A DNA stretch of 64,000 nt from Phoronis australis (GCA_002633005.1 NMRA01000290.1:1-64000), one strand, 5' to 3'. Positions 51,201 through 62,995 are shown, counted from the stretch's first letter. The notes: a model not told the origin generated them from the sequence alone. A program made the numbers and translations.

Positions 51201-52969
51201 AATTGTTCCTCATTCATGTCACTTCTAGGCTTGCAAAGAACCGACAGTTGGTCGATGGTTTGAGACAAGGCTCAGCAGTTGACTTCTCACAGCGTGTCAT
51301 TTTATCCACCAAGCAACAATGCATTATCTGTTCTTTACCAAACCATAAATCCCTTCTCAGTAAAGAAAAAGTTACAAGACCAATATCATACTGGTAAGTG
51401 ATCTAAATCAAAAGTTCGCTTCTTGGCCGGAACAGGAGTTCATGGCCGGAACATGAGTTCATGGCCGGAACATGAGTTCATGGCCGGAACATGAGTTCAT
51501 GGCCATTTTAAACGAGCAATAAACGCGGATAAACCCAAGCATTCTGTCAAAAACAACTTTTGATTTAGACCACATACCCTTCTAAAATTGGTCTCATCTT
51601 GTTCCTATTTAAGTTTGAAAACCATTTCTAGGCTTCACAAGAGTTGGCAATTTATGGTTTCAGATCATGCTCATTAAGTTATTAGTCACAGTGGGTTAAT
51701 AGTCTCATTTGCCATTGGAGTTCTATGTAATTTCTAAGCAAAAGCTTAAAACACCACAATATTGCGGTTCATAGCGACTAATGATATCCATTCCTTCCAA
51801 TCAAAACACATAACGCGAAATGTTCGTGATAGAATCTCAGGGATTACAGAGACTATAAACTTGACATGCTTTTATCAGCGATTTCAATAGTTTATAAAAC
51901 ATTCCACTTGTGGGGGCAATAAACATGGTAATTACGCCTGGTCTGGCAATGGAACTTAATGTCATCATGTAATGTGCAATAGGCGTGAAATCGCATGTTG
52001 CCATGATAATTGGCGCATAATGTTTCAAACAAGTTACCTGCACTGAGAATCAATGAAGCAGAATACTAGCTGTGCATTACTTTCTAGTTTCAGGTTATAA
52101 AGCATCCGATATTTTAGGTCCGTCTATGTGTAGAATGTCACTTTCAGTCTCGGGTGCCTTGTAAGACAGTCGAAATAACATGAATCAGTGATGGCCAGCA
52201 GTTCACCGTCTCAACTGGCCCCAGTAGAGATGGTAGGCATTCCATAGGGTCTCCATACATAGGAAGCTTTTCGGCGAATTATACCTCACACTGATTAAAC
52301 CATCAAAGTCATTTTGCGATAAGTACCTATTGTGCATAGAGGGACACCTTAGGAGACCTTTGATCAGGCGTTGTGTTTAATTCTTCCCAGTTCAAATAAA
52401 TACTCCAACAATCAAACTATTTTCGAACAGTTTGATTGTGGGATCATTTGGTTTGCAGTGGGAAGAGTTAAAGACATCAACACCTGCCTCCCGTTCAGTA
52501 ACGCTAGGACGCTAAGTCTTCGCGAGATTACGTGTGATATTGCCATGTATTTTAAATGAGAAAAAGTGACTTTACCTAGATTTTAGCTAGGTCCTAGAGT
52601 AGGTCCTAGCGTTACTAAACACACGTCTGATCAACGGCCTTTAGTTAAGGTGTCTTTCTAAAAAGGTACTTATTATACTTATAGCCATATCAGGTACTTC
52701 AAGTAGCTACGTGACTTTGATGGTTTAATAAGTGCGAGGCATAATTCGCCATAAAGCTTCCGGCGTATGAAGGCCCTATGGGAGCAGTAGAGACGGTGGC
52801 ATTGTTGGCGCTGTCTACGGCCAGTGAGACTGAGTGAGTGAGTCAGTCTTCAAAGACGAAGTATTGACCCCCGGTGTCAGTAATCTGTGTGTCAATGTGG
52901 CAGACACTTTCACATAACTTATACTTACCCCGCAGAATCTTTGTCGATAGTCCTAGCTACAAGCTTCAT
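42193..52969 (-). CDS. PELO: Pelota (Dom34) ribosome-rescue factor, >=10 coding exons, interrupted by an assembly gap
   Basis: complement(join(52929-52969,50917-51009,50241-50391,49408-49498,48391-48504 partial,47977-48097,46743-46863,44173-44244,42960-43066,42193-42284)). Translation gives [73 protein letters not shown] and [24 protein letters not shown], all hallmark eukaryotic pelota motifs. Confidence 0.96.
42960..43066 (-). CDS. PELO: PELO coding exon
   Basis: [35 protein letters not shown]. Confidence 0.95.
44173..44244 (-). CDS. PELO: PELO coding exon
   Basis: [24 protein letters not shown]. Confidence 0.94.
44345..45546 (+). mobile_element. Helentron/HINE (pearl/DINE-1-like) element with ~150-bp tandem cores in a 3-mer higher-order repeat
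   Basis: Seven cores, HOR period 451-455 bp, followed by a cggacg/cagacag short repeat and 3' hairpin tatgcg...cgcata (45513-45542) plus A run. The left boundary is approximate. Confidence 0.7.
45926..46210 (+). mobile_element. MITE fragment of the same tactcga-rich family
   Basis: Near-identical start to 3417; many tactcg/cgagta units. Confidence 0.6.
46426..46491 (-). mobile_element. tRNA-derived SINE head, cut by n at 46425
   Basis: Minus strand reads GTGGCCTGGTTG (A box) and GGTTCGAGTC (B box). Confidence 0.5.
46743..46863 (-). CDS. PELO: PELO coding exon
   Basis: [40 protein letters not shown]. Confidence 0.95.
47977..48097 (-). CDS. PELO: PELO coding exon
   Basis: [40 protein letters not shown]. 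Confidence 0.95.
48391..48504 (-). CDS. PELO: PELO coding exon 5 (3' end lost at gap n 48390)
   Basis: [37 protein letters not shown], then homology stops at the n. Confidence 0.9.
49408..49498 (-). CDS. PELO: PELO coding exon 4
   Basis: [30 protein letters not shown]. Confidence 0.95.
50241..50391 (-). CDS. PELO: PELO coding exon 3
   Basis: [50 protein letters not shown]. Confidence 0.96.
50917..51009 (-). CDS. PELO: PELO coding exon 2
   Basis: [31 protein letters not shown]. Confidence 0.95.
51397..51574. mobile_element. TA-flanked MITE containing a 19-bp tandem repeat x4
   Basis: TIR gtgatctaaatcaaaagtt / aacttttgatttagaccac (18/19); (tggccggaacatgagttca)x4 at 51424-51504. Confidence 0.7.
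52929..52969 (-). CDS. PELO: PELO coding exon 1
   Basis: ATG at 52969, [14 protein letters not shown], donor GTAAGT. Confidence 0.92.
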
Positions 52970-53224
52970 TTTGTAATTTTATTGTTATTTTTTTCCACTA
53001 AGATTTTGTCATTTCTCTTCACTCAATTAAAACATTGCACCATCGACACATCATCCAGTGTTTTTCGCCTTCAGAAGTATTCTACTTCCGCTTGGAGGGC
53101 TTTCGAAAATATGTCAATTTCATTGGTCAATTCTGGGATTTCTAAATTTGAAGATAATAATATAACAGAAGAGCGGCTAGTTCTCGTTCTGGTTGTGCGA
53201 TGGGGTAAAAAGTTGTAGATCGAA
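52970..53224. promoter_or_regulatory. Bidirectional promoter shared by PELO and FAAP24
   Basis: Divergent ATGs only 255 bp apart. Contains ACTTCCG (ETS/GABP-like core) at 53084-53090. Confidence 0.7.
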
Positions 53225-53342
53225 ATGTCGAGTATCAGCATTCTTTCTCAAAATCCAGTTTATATTAAAGCTTCAGTACCCCCAGGTCACATAATAGTGA
53301 ATGAAAAGTGGAGAAAATCGGCAATTGTTAGCAGTTTGCAGG
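53225..53342 (+). CDS. FAAP24: FAAP24 coding exon 1
   Basis: MSSISILSQNPVYIKASVPPGHIIVNEKWRKSAIVSSLQ; donor GTGAGA. Confidence 0.88.
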
Positions 53343-56300
53343 GTGAGATGTGAAGATATCTTGAAGTTGAACATGCAGTCATGCCGTTTGCCATCGCCCA
53401 CCGCCATGTTTGTTTTGCTCACAGGTGTTTTGCTGCTGAAATCATCACGATTTTTCGATCGTGTTTCTTCCTGCATACTTGGGAACTGTCCTACTTGTGA
53501 CAGGACTGTTGCGTTCTTTGAAACTTTGTCCCACCCCAGCATTAAGGGCTACGAGTTTCGTAAAGTTCCCCCTTCTGTTTGACACATGCCACTATATTCA
53601 CAAACAGACGGTCGTCCTAATCAATCCAGTAGTACGTCGGTTTTGGTAGATTTTCTGCAAATTAGGTTTAATTCTGGCTAAACACTTAAACTATCAAAGT
53701 GAGGGTGTTATCATGGGGGGGGGGCAATGGGGCTATACACATTGCCAGACCAGGTGTAAGTGCCATTTTTATTGCTCTTACAGCCCCAATGGGTAATAAA
53801 CTATTGAAATCGCTGATGAAAGTGTGTCAAGTTTATTGTCCCTGTAACCCCTGAGATGCTATCACGAACATTTCACGTTATGTCTTTGTCATTTTCTGGT
53901 TAAAAAACATGGCCAACTATTATATGGCTTTCCAGAGGAACATATATATCTGAAGAATTGCAGTTTACAGCCACTTATTCTTTGATCATATTTATCTTGG
54001 CTCAAACTAATATTAAGGAAAGGATTGAGGAGTAAAACTTAAGTGTACACTCTGACTTAACATCAGGTAAATGTTACGAAGACGTCGTTAAATGTCCCAA
54101 AGTACTGTGAACCTTGGTAGATAAATTCAGGACTGATAGGCTGTCTGACAGACTTTTTCATTGTTTTTTCATAATGTGTTGTATTGTGAATGGTATTCAA
54201 ATCCCTCAATCCGACAACTATCACTTTCTGAAGGCAATTTGAACTTCTGCAGGTTTTTGATCATATTTAGCCTATGAAAGCTGAAAATTTAAGAATGGGT
54301 GTTTTCCAAGCCAGTCAGAATGCAAGGGCCAATTTTTATTCACAAAAGATATTGACGACTCGTTCATATTTTTTCCTTAAAATTATTTAATCACTCATAA
54401 GGTAGTGCTATCTTGGAGTCATGGTGCTTATAATAAAAATTACTTATGATTGTGTGTTACAGGTTCTGTCACTGTCGTGTACCAAGATGAAATGGGTGTG
54501 GTAGATTTCTATATATCCAGCAGCTCTGGTGTGATTTATGTGTCCGAAAGTGATCTGGTTATTGGCTCCACGTACAAGCGTAAGCTTGTTAAGCTAAGAA
54601 AGGTAAGAGCCAGAGCCCCATTTTATCGAGGGTCGCACACCTGGTTTTGGTAAGCCGGTAATATCTTGATTCTTTCGGCAATCGTTTCATTAAACATTTC
54701 TGAAGAATCCTCATGAGAGGCCTACCACACAATCAGTGTCGATAGTGAGGTGGTTAAGGTCTATGCCTAAATGTTAGTGCATGACTTTGTACCCAAACAC
54801 ACCATAGGTTGCAAACTGCATTATTGATAACATCTAGCCTGTCTGCGTGTGTTGCTGGGGCTCGTTCCAAGAAAACTGACTAAGCTAACTTAAAGACAAA
54901 TTTTAAATTTATGTCAATTTTAAGATAAAACTTCAGTTTGTCTTACGTCCGTTCCAAGAAAGTGATCTTGAGTTTGACTTAAGTTTTTGACTTAAATTTT
55001 GTCTGAAGTTTGACTAACTTACCAGTTGTGGAAGTTTTGAAAGTTGAGACAAATCTTAGACTTAAGTCAGAAATGAACTTAAAGTCAATTTCTTGGAACA
55101 GGCCCATGGTAAACACCACAACAACCATTCAGCTTTTCAAGATAGGGTAAAATTCAGTAACGGTCTTTAAACGAAAAATGTCTTTCTGCAGTTAGTAGTT
55201 TGGTGTGGTGAGACCAGCGTGATTTGCATTCATTATTCAAGTATAAGCTGATCTTAGCTTCTTGAAGCTTTGTCCTGCATCCCGCCACTCCGTGTCCCAC
55301 TTTTAGACACATGCGGTGAAATTTATTTATTATAGATTTTGTGCTTTCCTATATGGTTTACCATGATAACCGTTTCATTTCACAGGCACAACTGAAATAT
55401 ACAAAAACGGTGTTGGGTGTTTCGTTGTCTTGCAGCGAATAATTGGTGCTTAAAGTATGGTTTAGATTTAGATGTTGTGCATTATGCTGTCACCCCTGCC
55501 CATCTGTCTAGCGGGCCGACAGTCTGCCAGGCATCACTCTGGCATATGCCAGGTGTCAGTCTGGTGATCGCCCGATGTCTGTCTGGCGTCCGCTGCTGAA
55601 TCTCCAAACCCCCTTGATGGATGTTCGTGAAACTTTGTATACAATGTTCTTGTCACAGAGGAGACCGCATGTGTGAATTTTCGGACGGGTTTGACAACTG
55701 TTGTGCCCCCTAATGGCAATTAATTTAATTTTTACTTTAGCCTCAGCTACTGAGTTACATTTGCGACAATACCTTTCCGTCTTCAGATGGATTCCATGTA
55801 ATTTACACTGTCTCCCAAGTGACTGAGAACCAGAGAAGAAAAGGCTAAAAATAGTTGTATTGAGTTGAGGTCTGAATAGAACACCATATAAGATTTCTTG
55901 GGGTGAAATAATTATACCAATATGGGAAAAACTTAACTGTTCATACATTTGTGAAGTTATTGTTCTTCAAAACGTATTATAGGAACCAAATTCACGTTTG
56001 TTACCATTTAAGGTAAGCTTTTGTTAAACTTTTGACATGGTGCTTGTTTTTTTTTGCATTTCTGGTAGACCACTTCCTGAATTTGAAGCCGAAATTTGAG
56101 AAAATGGTTCTCTTTGGGAGTATTTACGGCATCGTCGTAAGGTTTTGTGTTTGCATTTTGTTCTGTTTTTGTGTCACATAGTTCTTCTATGTGAGCACCA
56201 AATGCTTTGCTGTGTCTTGTTCAAATTTGTGTTTACATTTTTTATATTGCACCAATATGCATATGGGCTGATTGGGAACATCACAGTGACTGCGTGTGTG

Positions 56301-58383
56301 GATTTATGTGTAAGCTAGTCTCTTTCATTGGTAAATCAGATTTTTCACAATGGCTGCACGTGATTGACTTTGCCATGTCTGCCAAGATGTCTCTTTGGTC
56401 TGTAAGCCAGAAGTCGGGCATCGAGAACCTATGAGATGCATTTAAGCTGGTTGAACCGGCTGAACGGGCGAAGTCCATTAAGTGCAGCTAATGAAAAATT
56501 CTTTCGACATTTCCTATTTAAATCGTTCTTGGACACGGTTTTGCGCGTTAAAGTCATGTTTTAAAATTGAGTACGCCAAAGATTAACAATTGCCATTTAT
56601 TTATTGCTACTCGTTTATTGCCATACAGCGTATTTCATGCCATTTGCAATGTCGATAAGCACTCCTAGATACGTACTATTTGTGGTGCAGTCGTGGGTGC
56701 ATTTTAGTACTTTGCGTTGCACTGCAGTCATGGGTGCATTTTAGCACTTTGCGTTGCACTTGCTTACTTGTTGATACCTTGAGTAAACAGTTTCAGACTA
56801 CATTGAGTGAATTATCAAGAAATGAAGATTTTTTAAGTTAGTACTGTTTGCTGTTACTCAAAATAACATCATTGTGCATTGAATATTTAATTTCACCGAG
56901 ACCTATCATTACCATGGATTTCTGAAACAGCCTCTACCAAAAATCAAAAAAGCTCCCCATTGGGTTTCTTTCGGTATTTAATTTTTATTTCGGGCATATG
57001 GCACATGCATAAAACGCGGGTAAATCCTAAATTTCTCAATTTTTGTGCCTTCATGACAAAGTGAACCCTTGCTGGTCATTTCATACGGTCAGCAACACAA
57101 GATTTCAATAGGTCCCATGGCATTCTTTCAGAATGAACACCCAGGAGTCTTTTTGGACACACTGTTGTTTCCCATAGGAGTCCCTGGCTCCCAAGGGGCT
57201 ATTTCCGAAATCCTTGGTACCTTTTTGTTTTTTGTTTATCTAGAACAATGAAGTGCGAGGCATTGTTATCGTTGAAAAGACTGAAACCAGCCAGCAATAT
57301 TTCTCTGAAGCACAGAAGTTCTGTGTCTTAGAGCTTGGCTTGTGCCTCTTACCAGTTCTGGATCAGCTCCAAGCAGGACAATTACTGTCCCAGATGGTAA
57401 GTGAAAATGCCCAATATACCAACTTAAAGGCTTCAAACATAGCTCACGCTTTATGGAGAAGTTTTGCCATGAATCTCATTAAAAAATACTCGATTAGTGT
57501 GTGATTGGTATTGTTTGAGATACATCTAGATTTGAAGGGATATTATTTATTAAGTAGTTGAATATTAAGCAAAATTGTGTGATTGAACTTTTTTATTTTC
57601 GCTGAGATTAATTTTGTTCTTTTTTCTGTAATCTGTATTTTAAGTATGTTACTGGTCAGCAGTAAGAATATGGTTAATAGTGTGCATTCATTTGTATCAG
57701 GTTCATAACTAACATCGCTTGATTTAGGGACGTGTGGATTTTCTTTGGTGGCCTGGTAAAAATCCCAAATCGCCATGCACACATCCGAGCATGCACTCAA
57801 ATACTACAGGAAGTATAAAAACAGAAGTTCGTATCGTTGGGCAAAAATCAGAATGGCCTGTCCCTGGGCAATGCATTGTACTGATTGTCGGAATTCCTTA
57901 GGAGGTGAGCCTGTTTTGTGCCAACAAAACAAGGGAACTCTGTTGCCGAGCACATGGTACACTCCTGATTTTCCATTCAACTAAAAGAACGCTGTCCTGG
58001 CAATCTCGGGTGCAGAAGTGGACATTTTCTGTGTTCGCCGGTATTTCGGTTTAGGTATCTTGTTTAATTATTTTCGGCCCTTGCCAATTATGCTTCATTT
58101 GTAGGAGCCAAGATTTTCCCTACCCTCGTACAAGATTCCTTGTTTTGGCATCCTCACTTCTCATTTAGCATCCTGGGGATTTCTGCAGTTCACATTTAAT
58201 AAGTTAACATTGTGCTAATTGGGTGTATTACTTCTCAGGTTATCAGTGAAAGCCGTCTTCACAACAATCCATTCAAGCATAAGAAATTCCACCCATGTTT
58301 TGACACTGACATTCTCAATGCTGTCAAACGAATACCATTTGTGGGCGAGACGAAGGCCAAGCTGCTGCTTCAGAGATTTGGCA
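53225..58383 (+). CDS. FAAP24: Fanconi anemia core complex-associated protein 24, 4 exons, 3' partial
   Basis: join(53225-53342,54463-54602,57244-57396,58239-58383). Translation gives VPPGHIIVNEKWR, VDFYIS...IYVSESDLV...YKRKLVKLRK, GIVIVEKT...QYF...QKFCVLELGLCLLPV, and NPF...VKRIPFVGETKAKLLLQRFG (first HhH). Matches human FAAP24 from memory. The terminal exon (~30 aa) was not found. Confidence 0.92.
54463..54602 (+). CDS. FAAP24: FAAP24 coding exon 2
   Basis: SVTVVYQDEMGVVDFYISSSSGVIYVSESDLVIGSTYKRKLVKLRK; ttacag / gtaaga. Confidence 0.92.
54858..55105. mobile_element. MITE with GGG...CCC termini (PIF/Harbinger-like)
   Basis: gggctcgttccaagaaaactgact / agtcaatttcttggaacaggccc; internal acttaa repeats. 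Confidence 0.6.
55530..55735 (-). mobile_element. Single-core relative of the HINE at 44345-45546
   Basis: Minus strand reads attgccattagggggcac...ggtttggagattcagcagcggacgccagacagac, with hairpin ctggcatatgccag. Confidence 0.6.
57244..57396 (+). CDS. FAAP24: FAAP24 coding exon 3
   Basis: NNEVRGIVIVEKTETSQQYFSEAQKFCVLELGLCLLPVLDQLQAGQLLSQM; tctag / gtaagt. Confidence 0.93.
58239..58383 (+). CDS. FAAP24: FAAP24 coding exon 4
   Basis: VISESRLHNNPFKHKK...ILNAVKRIPFVGETKAKLLLQRFG; tctcag / gtatgt. Confidence 0.9.
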
Positions 58384-59259
58384 GTATGTATTCTGGTTTT
58401 CAGTTTGTTGGCATACAGTCAGTGCTTATGATATTGCCTGAGAAAACACTAACACATTCTGCATGAAAATGGCTGTGAATTGTCCAGGATGGTTGCGATC
58501 AGAATGGCAGATTAACCTCAATGTGTTTTAATTGTTTTATTGTACTGTCTAGAGTTACCTGCTTGTGTATTTATGTAACTTTATAATCTTAACCACCTGA
58601 ATATTCTAAACCATGCGGTGCTTTATGAAATTACATTTTAAGGGACAAATTAACATCTACTGGCTGGTGATGTTTAAATCTTTCAGAGGAAGGTGTTGCT
58701 TTGTAGTGATATAACCTGAAGCCAAAATGTGCTGAATTGAAACACTTGAAATGACTACTTTGGTCACAGAAAAGGTTCCCTTTATCAAAGGAGATACACA
58801 TTAAGTCTTGCAAGACTTAAACACTTGGGATGATACAGTTTATGTTTCTGCAAATGTTTGCCTCATGGTCCTGTTTGCTGATATTTTCAAATCAGAAGCA
58901 TTTAGTCAGTCTGATCTTTGGGTTTCAGGTCTTGGTCTTTTAAATAATCCTGTGTGTCTGTGTGTATGTTCTAAGTATGAAATAATTATGGTCCTAAGAA
59001 GTGTTGAAGAAAAAGAAAGTTCCACTATTTTTGTGCTTCTTTCAAAACTGAAAAACAACTGCCCAAAGCGCTTCCCATTTAAAAAGGGACTTTCCCATTT
59101 TGTCCCAAACTGAAATGTAATATTACATTTCAGATAAATATCAACATTTTGTTTTTAAATTTGGTTTATAATCGATCATGACCCCCTCCTTAATGCATTT
59201 CATGTCCTACCTTTGAAAAACCTCATTTAGTCTTCTGTTAATTAGCCATTGAAATTTGC

Positions 59260-60520
59260 TTGCGTAATATTACGCACAAGGAATGCGTAATATTACGCAA
59301 GTCATTCGTAATATTACCCACGACTGCGTGATATTACGCACTGGTACGTAATATTACACACTGATGTGTAATCTTACGCATTTTTGCGTAATCTTACACA
59401 TCTGATGTGTAAAATCAAGCAAGAATGAAATTTGCCGTATGGTGACTTGGGGTATCTGAAATGCCGCATTTATTTGAATTTTGTTGCTTGTAGTTCATAC
59501 GATTTCTTGGATGTTTTTGATCCTTTTGTTTCGTTGGTTTTGTCTTGTTTTAACACATACTAACTGCCCAGGATATACAGTTGAGACACCACGGGTAACA
59601 CCAACTTTGTTTAGGTATACGATATCGCGGGGGCAGCCCAACGGCGACATAGTAAAACTCTGGCGAAGCGCAATTTGCGGTTGCAATGACTTGAGATTTT
59701 TGACGTGCGGAGTTTGTTCGAATTTTGTTCGAATTTTGTTGTAACACTAACCCTCTGCAGTAAGTTCCATGTAGTTCATAAAACGATTTATGGGGTATTT
59801 TTGATGAGCTACGTTTTGTTGTTTTATCTTGCTTATATTCATGCAAACAGTGCAGGATATATTCTTGAGACACCACGGGTAACAACAACTTTTCAGCGGC
59901 AGCCCAACGGCGGCATTGCAAAACTCTGGCGAAGCTCGACAACTGATCGAACCATCTGTGTCTTAAAAAGTTACGCTTGTGAGAGCTAGCTTCAGTAAAC
60001 AAGCTACTGTATCACTCAGTCTTTTTATCATTCCGTGGTGCTCCGATGCGTAATCTTACACGCAACGCGTAATCTTACGCATTTTGCGTAATCTTATGCA
60101 CTGAAGTGTAAGATCATGAAAGAATGAAATTGCCTGTTGTGGTGACTTGGGATTTCTTAAGCTCCGCATTTATTCAAATTTTGTTGAAATACTAACGGTT
60201 GACAGGTATGAGACGACATCGCATTTTTTTATCAATTTCGTTTCGTTTTGATGTGACTTCAACTTAGCAGGACATGCACTTGAGACGCCTCGGGTGAACA
60301 CTTATGTTTAAATACATTTTATAGTGAGGGCATTGGACAAATCCTGCCGCAGTGAAAGAAATTTTACAAGGGCAAATGATCGAACTGCCTGTATCCGAAA
60401 AATTAAGCCGCGCTTGTGAAGGCTAGCTTCAGGAAACAAGCCATTGGTTCCTTTTTCAATACTTTAGTCAGTATGCTCGCTTTTGTGATTTGACGCTCAA
60501 GTGCATAATCTTACACATGT
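59260..60520. repeat. Complex repeat: ~21-bp palindromic units (cgtaatattacg) plus larger internal duplications
   Basis: Units at 59260-59410 and 60047-60110. The block ttgagacaccacgggtaaca recurs at 59581, 59864 and ~60280. Confidence 0.7.
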
Positions 60521-62302
60521 GTGTCCTGATCGAAGTCACCTGCGACTGTTGAGTCCTTGGTAATACGAGTACCCAGGTGAGCCTTCATTGCTGGGCGACT
60601 GAGCTTCAACAGCGCACCGCTCACACGCGTGTATTTTTGGAGCTCATTTTAGCGAGATATCACGACACGCTTGTGGTCGTAACCTTACGCACATGATATT
60701 ACGCTACAATATCTTGACCATAGATCAGTATTTTGTCCGGAGTAGTTACCTGCTTCATGGGAAGCGGATTGTTCTTTTCGCTCTCGAGTTCTCTATGGGA
60801 TGCTCGCCTTGGTCTCTAAGTCGAGATAGACTATTCTTTCAACTAGTTAATATACCAGTCATCATTGGAACCATCTGTGATTGTATGGTCGGCAGAGACT
60901 TCACACAAGAGGTTTTATTTCTCATTTTTGTCACCGATATGTTGCGATTTTCCTCATTTAATTCACGTGAATTGTTTACTTACGTAAACGAAAGGTGGAA
61001 TGAGACGTATATCAGATGAATGTGAAAGGGACACTGCGGTGCACTTGTTTTTATCTAGTTGCGCTGTTTTGTTAATAGATTACGACAGAAATAAACAATA
61101 ATCAATGGGTCTGCCCTTAATAATAGGAGGGGGAGCGTGGATAATCTTGCACGGGTTGTTGTCTCGAAAAAGTCGGAGTAGTACAGGTCGACTCTATCGA
61201 TCACATACCTTCTGAATGCGTCTTATCATGCGTCCGTTTGCAGCTTTTTCGGAGTTGCTGTGTTGTGTTGGCATTGTCGCGAAAGAGTCTTCCGCTCGTT
61301 TTCTTTAACGTTTCTCTGTCCTTCTCTGATGCGCAGAGGAGCCTACTACTACGATTTTGGCGTAGTTTCTACCCTTTTGTTGCTTTCACTACGCCACTAC
61401 GATCAGGGTCAAGATTCTACGTTTTCGCGCTCAGGAGTAAATAAACTAAGACATGAAATTATGTTGTTTTTTTATCGTTCTGTGATACATACGCCATAAG
61501 CAAACCAAAACTGAGTTACAAATGTCAAAACATGCTGCTATTTTTTTGTCTTAATTATAAGTTCGTCCGATTCAGTGTCTACTTGTGATTCGAGTTCCAC
61601 TACGACGGCGATCGGCTTCGTCGGAAGGCGGTACCCAGGCGGAGACTGTTGGTAACTAATTCGTCCCTTGGCATCTAGCTCAGTGTTTTAAGATATTTTA
61701 CGTTTGTACTGACACGTCGCTCGGCAACATTCCTTTTCTTTTACAATTAAGAAATACTTAATAGAAAACGCCTTGTTCGGATGTACGAACGCAAAATCGA
61801 ACCTTGACTGCTTTTGCGTAGTGCCCGGTCTTTGATTGACAGGTTGTGAGGTCACATGACAGATTAAAGAAAAATAGGTCACCTGACTTATTCGAACAAT
61901 AACACTTAATTGAAAATTATATCACGCTAAACTCTACCGACAACGTTCTTAATAGTTATTTTTCTTGACATCAAGAACCCAAAAGGTTACATGAGCGGCG
62001 ATTTTTATCTTACGGAGCAGCCATCGTGACTTCGTCCAAGAAATTACATTCTTAATACGAACAGCTGATTGCGAGTGAGTCCAGGATTGCAGGTGACAAA
62101 AATGAAGCGTTTTTACTGGTTGATATTTATTTGTCTGGGAGCGCGTGCGCCCGTCACGTATTTTCATTATCGTCTGATCTTGTCTTAGCGATCGAACTCA
62201 CCGTCCGAGTCGAACAGTGAACAGACGGCAAAAAAGAAAGCTTGGGCTAGCCAACATACATTCGAGTCATGTCCCCGGGCAGACAAGGCATCCGTGCATC
62301 AA

Positions 62303-62791
62303 CCCTTACAAAAATGAACTTAAGTTTTTCCCTGAAAACTTAAGTTTTTGGCGAAAAAAAATTAAGTTTTTGGAAAATAACTAAGTTTTAGGGGAAAAAC
62401 TTAAGTTCTTCCGAAAAACTTAAGTTTTTAAAAGAAACTTAAGTTTTTAAAACTTAATTTTTTTGCCAAAAACTTAAGTTTTTCAGCGCAATGTTAAGTT
62501 TTTCAGAGAACTTAAGTTTTTCAGAAAACTTAAGCTTTTTCAGGTGTAAAACTTAAGTTTTCACAAATAAACCTAAGTTTCAAGTAATAACTTAAGTTTT
62601 CATAAAAACTTAATTTTTTTGTACTAAGAAAACTTAAGTTTTTAGATTTTAAGTTTTTAAAAAACTTAAGTTATGAAAAACTCGTTCCAAAATACTTAAG
62701 TTCGTTCCAAAAAACTTGTTCCAAAATACTTAAGTTTTCGCCAAAAACTTAAGTTTTCGTGAATGAAAGCTTAAGTTCATTTTTGTAAGGG
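62303..62791. mobile_element. Foldback-type MITE with 22-bp perfect TIR, filled with aaaacttaagtttt palindromes
   Basis: cccttacaaaaatgaacttaag / cttaagttcatttttgtaaggg; more than 20 internal palindromic units. Confidence 0.8.
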
Positions 62792-62995
62792 GAAGCACGG
62801 TGATTGTTTCTACGCGATGTTATTTATTTAGATTAATTTGCTGTCGATATGAAATGTGCAGTGTGAGTACGGGCGGTCTGTTAGTTGTTATACATTTGTC
62901 CATTTCTATTCAACGCGACCCTTATGAACACGCACAAAGCCTCAGGTGTTCATTTCCACACAGATTTCTTGTTGGATTCACGTTGCTTCTACGTC

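Noticed and set aside
51424-51504. 19-bp repeats as a CRISPR array or p53 sites
   Set aside because: No spacers, inside a TIR-bounded MITE, and GAACATGAGT does not fit RRRCWWGYYY.
59615-59690. Phase-compatible candidate last exon of FAAP24 (SIRYRG...)
   Set aside because: No resemblance to the second HhH motif, and it lies inside a repeat.
59550-60002. 150-aa minus-strand ORF
   Set aside because: Lies in a duplicated repeat and has no recognisable domain.
62885-62923. ORF-track start of the GNAT gene
   Set aside because: Non-ATG start. The eukaryotic start is more likely ATG 62996 or 62924.
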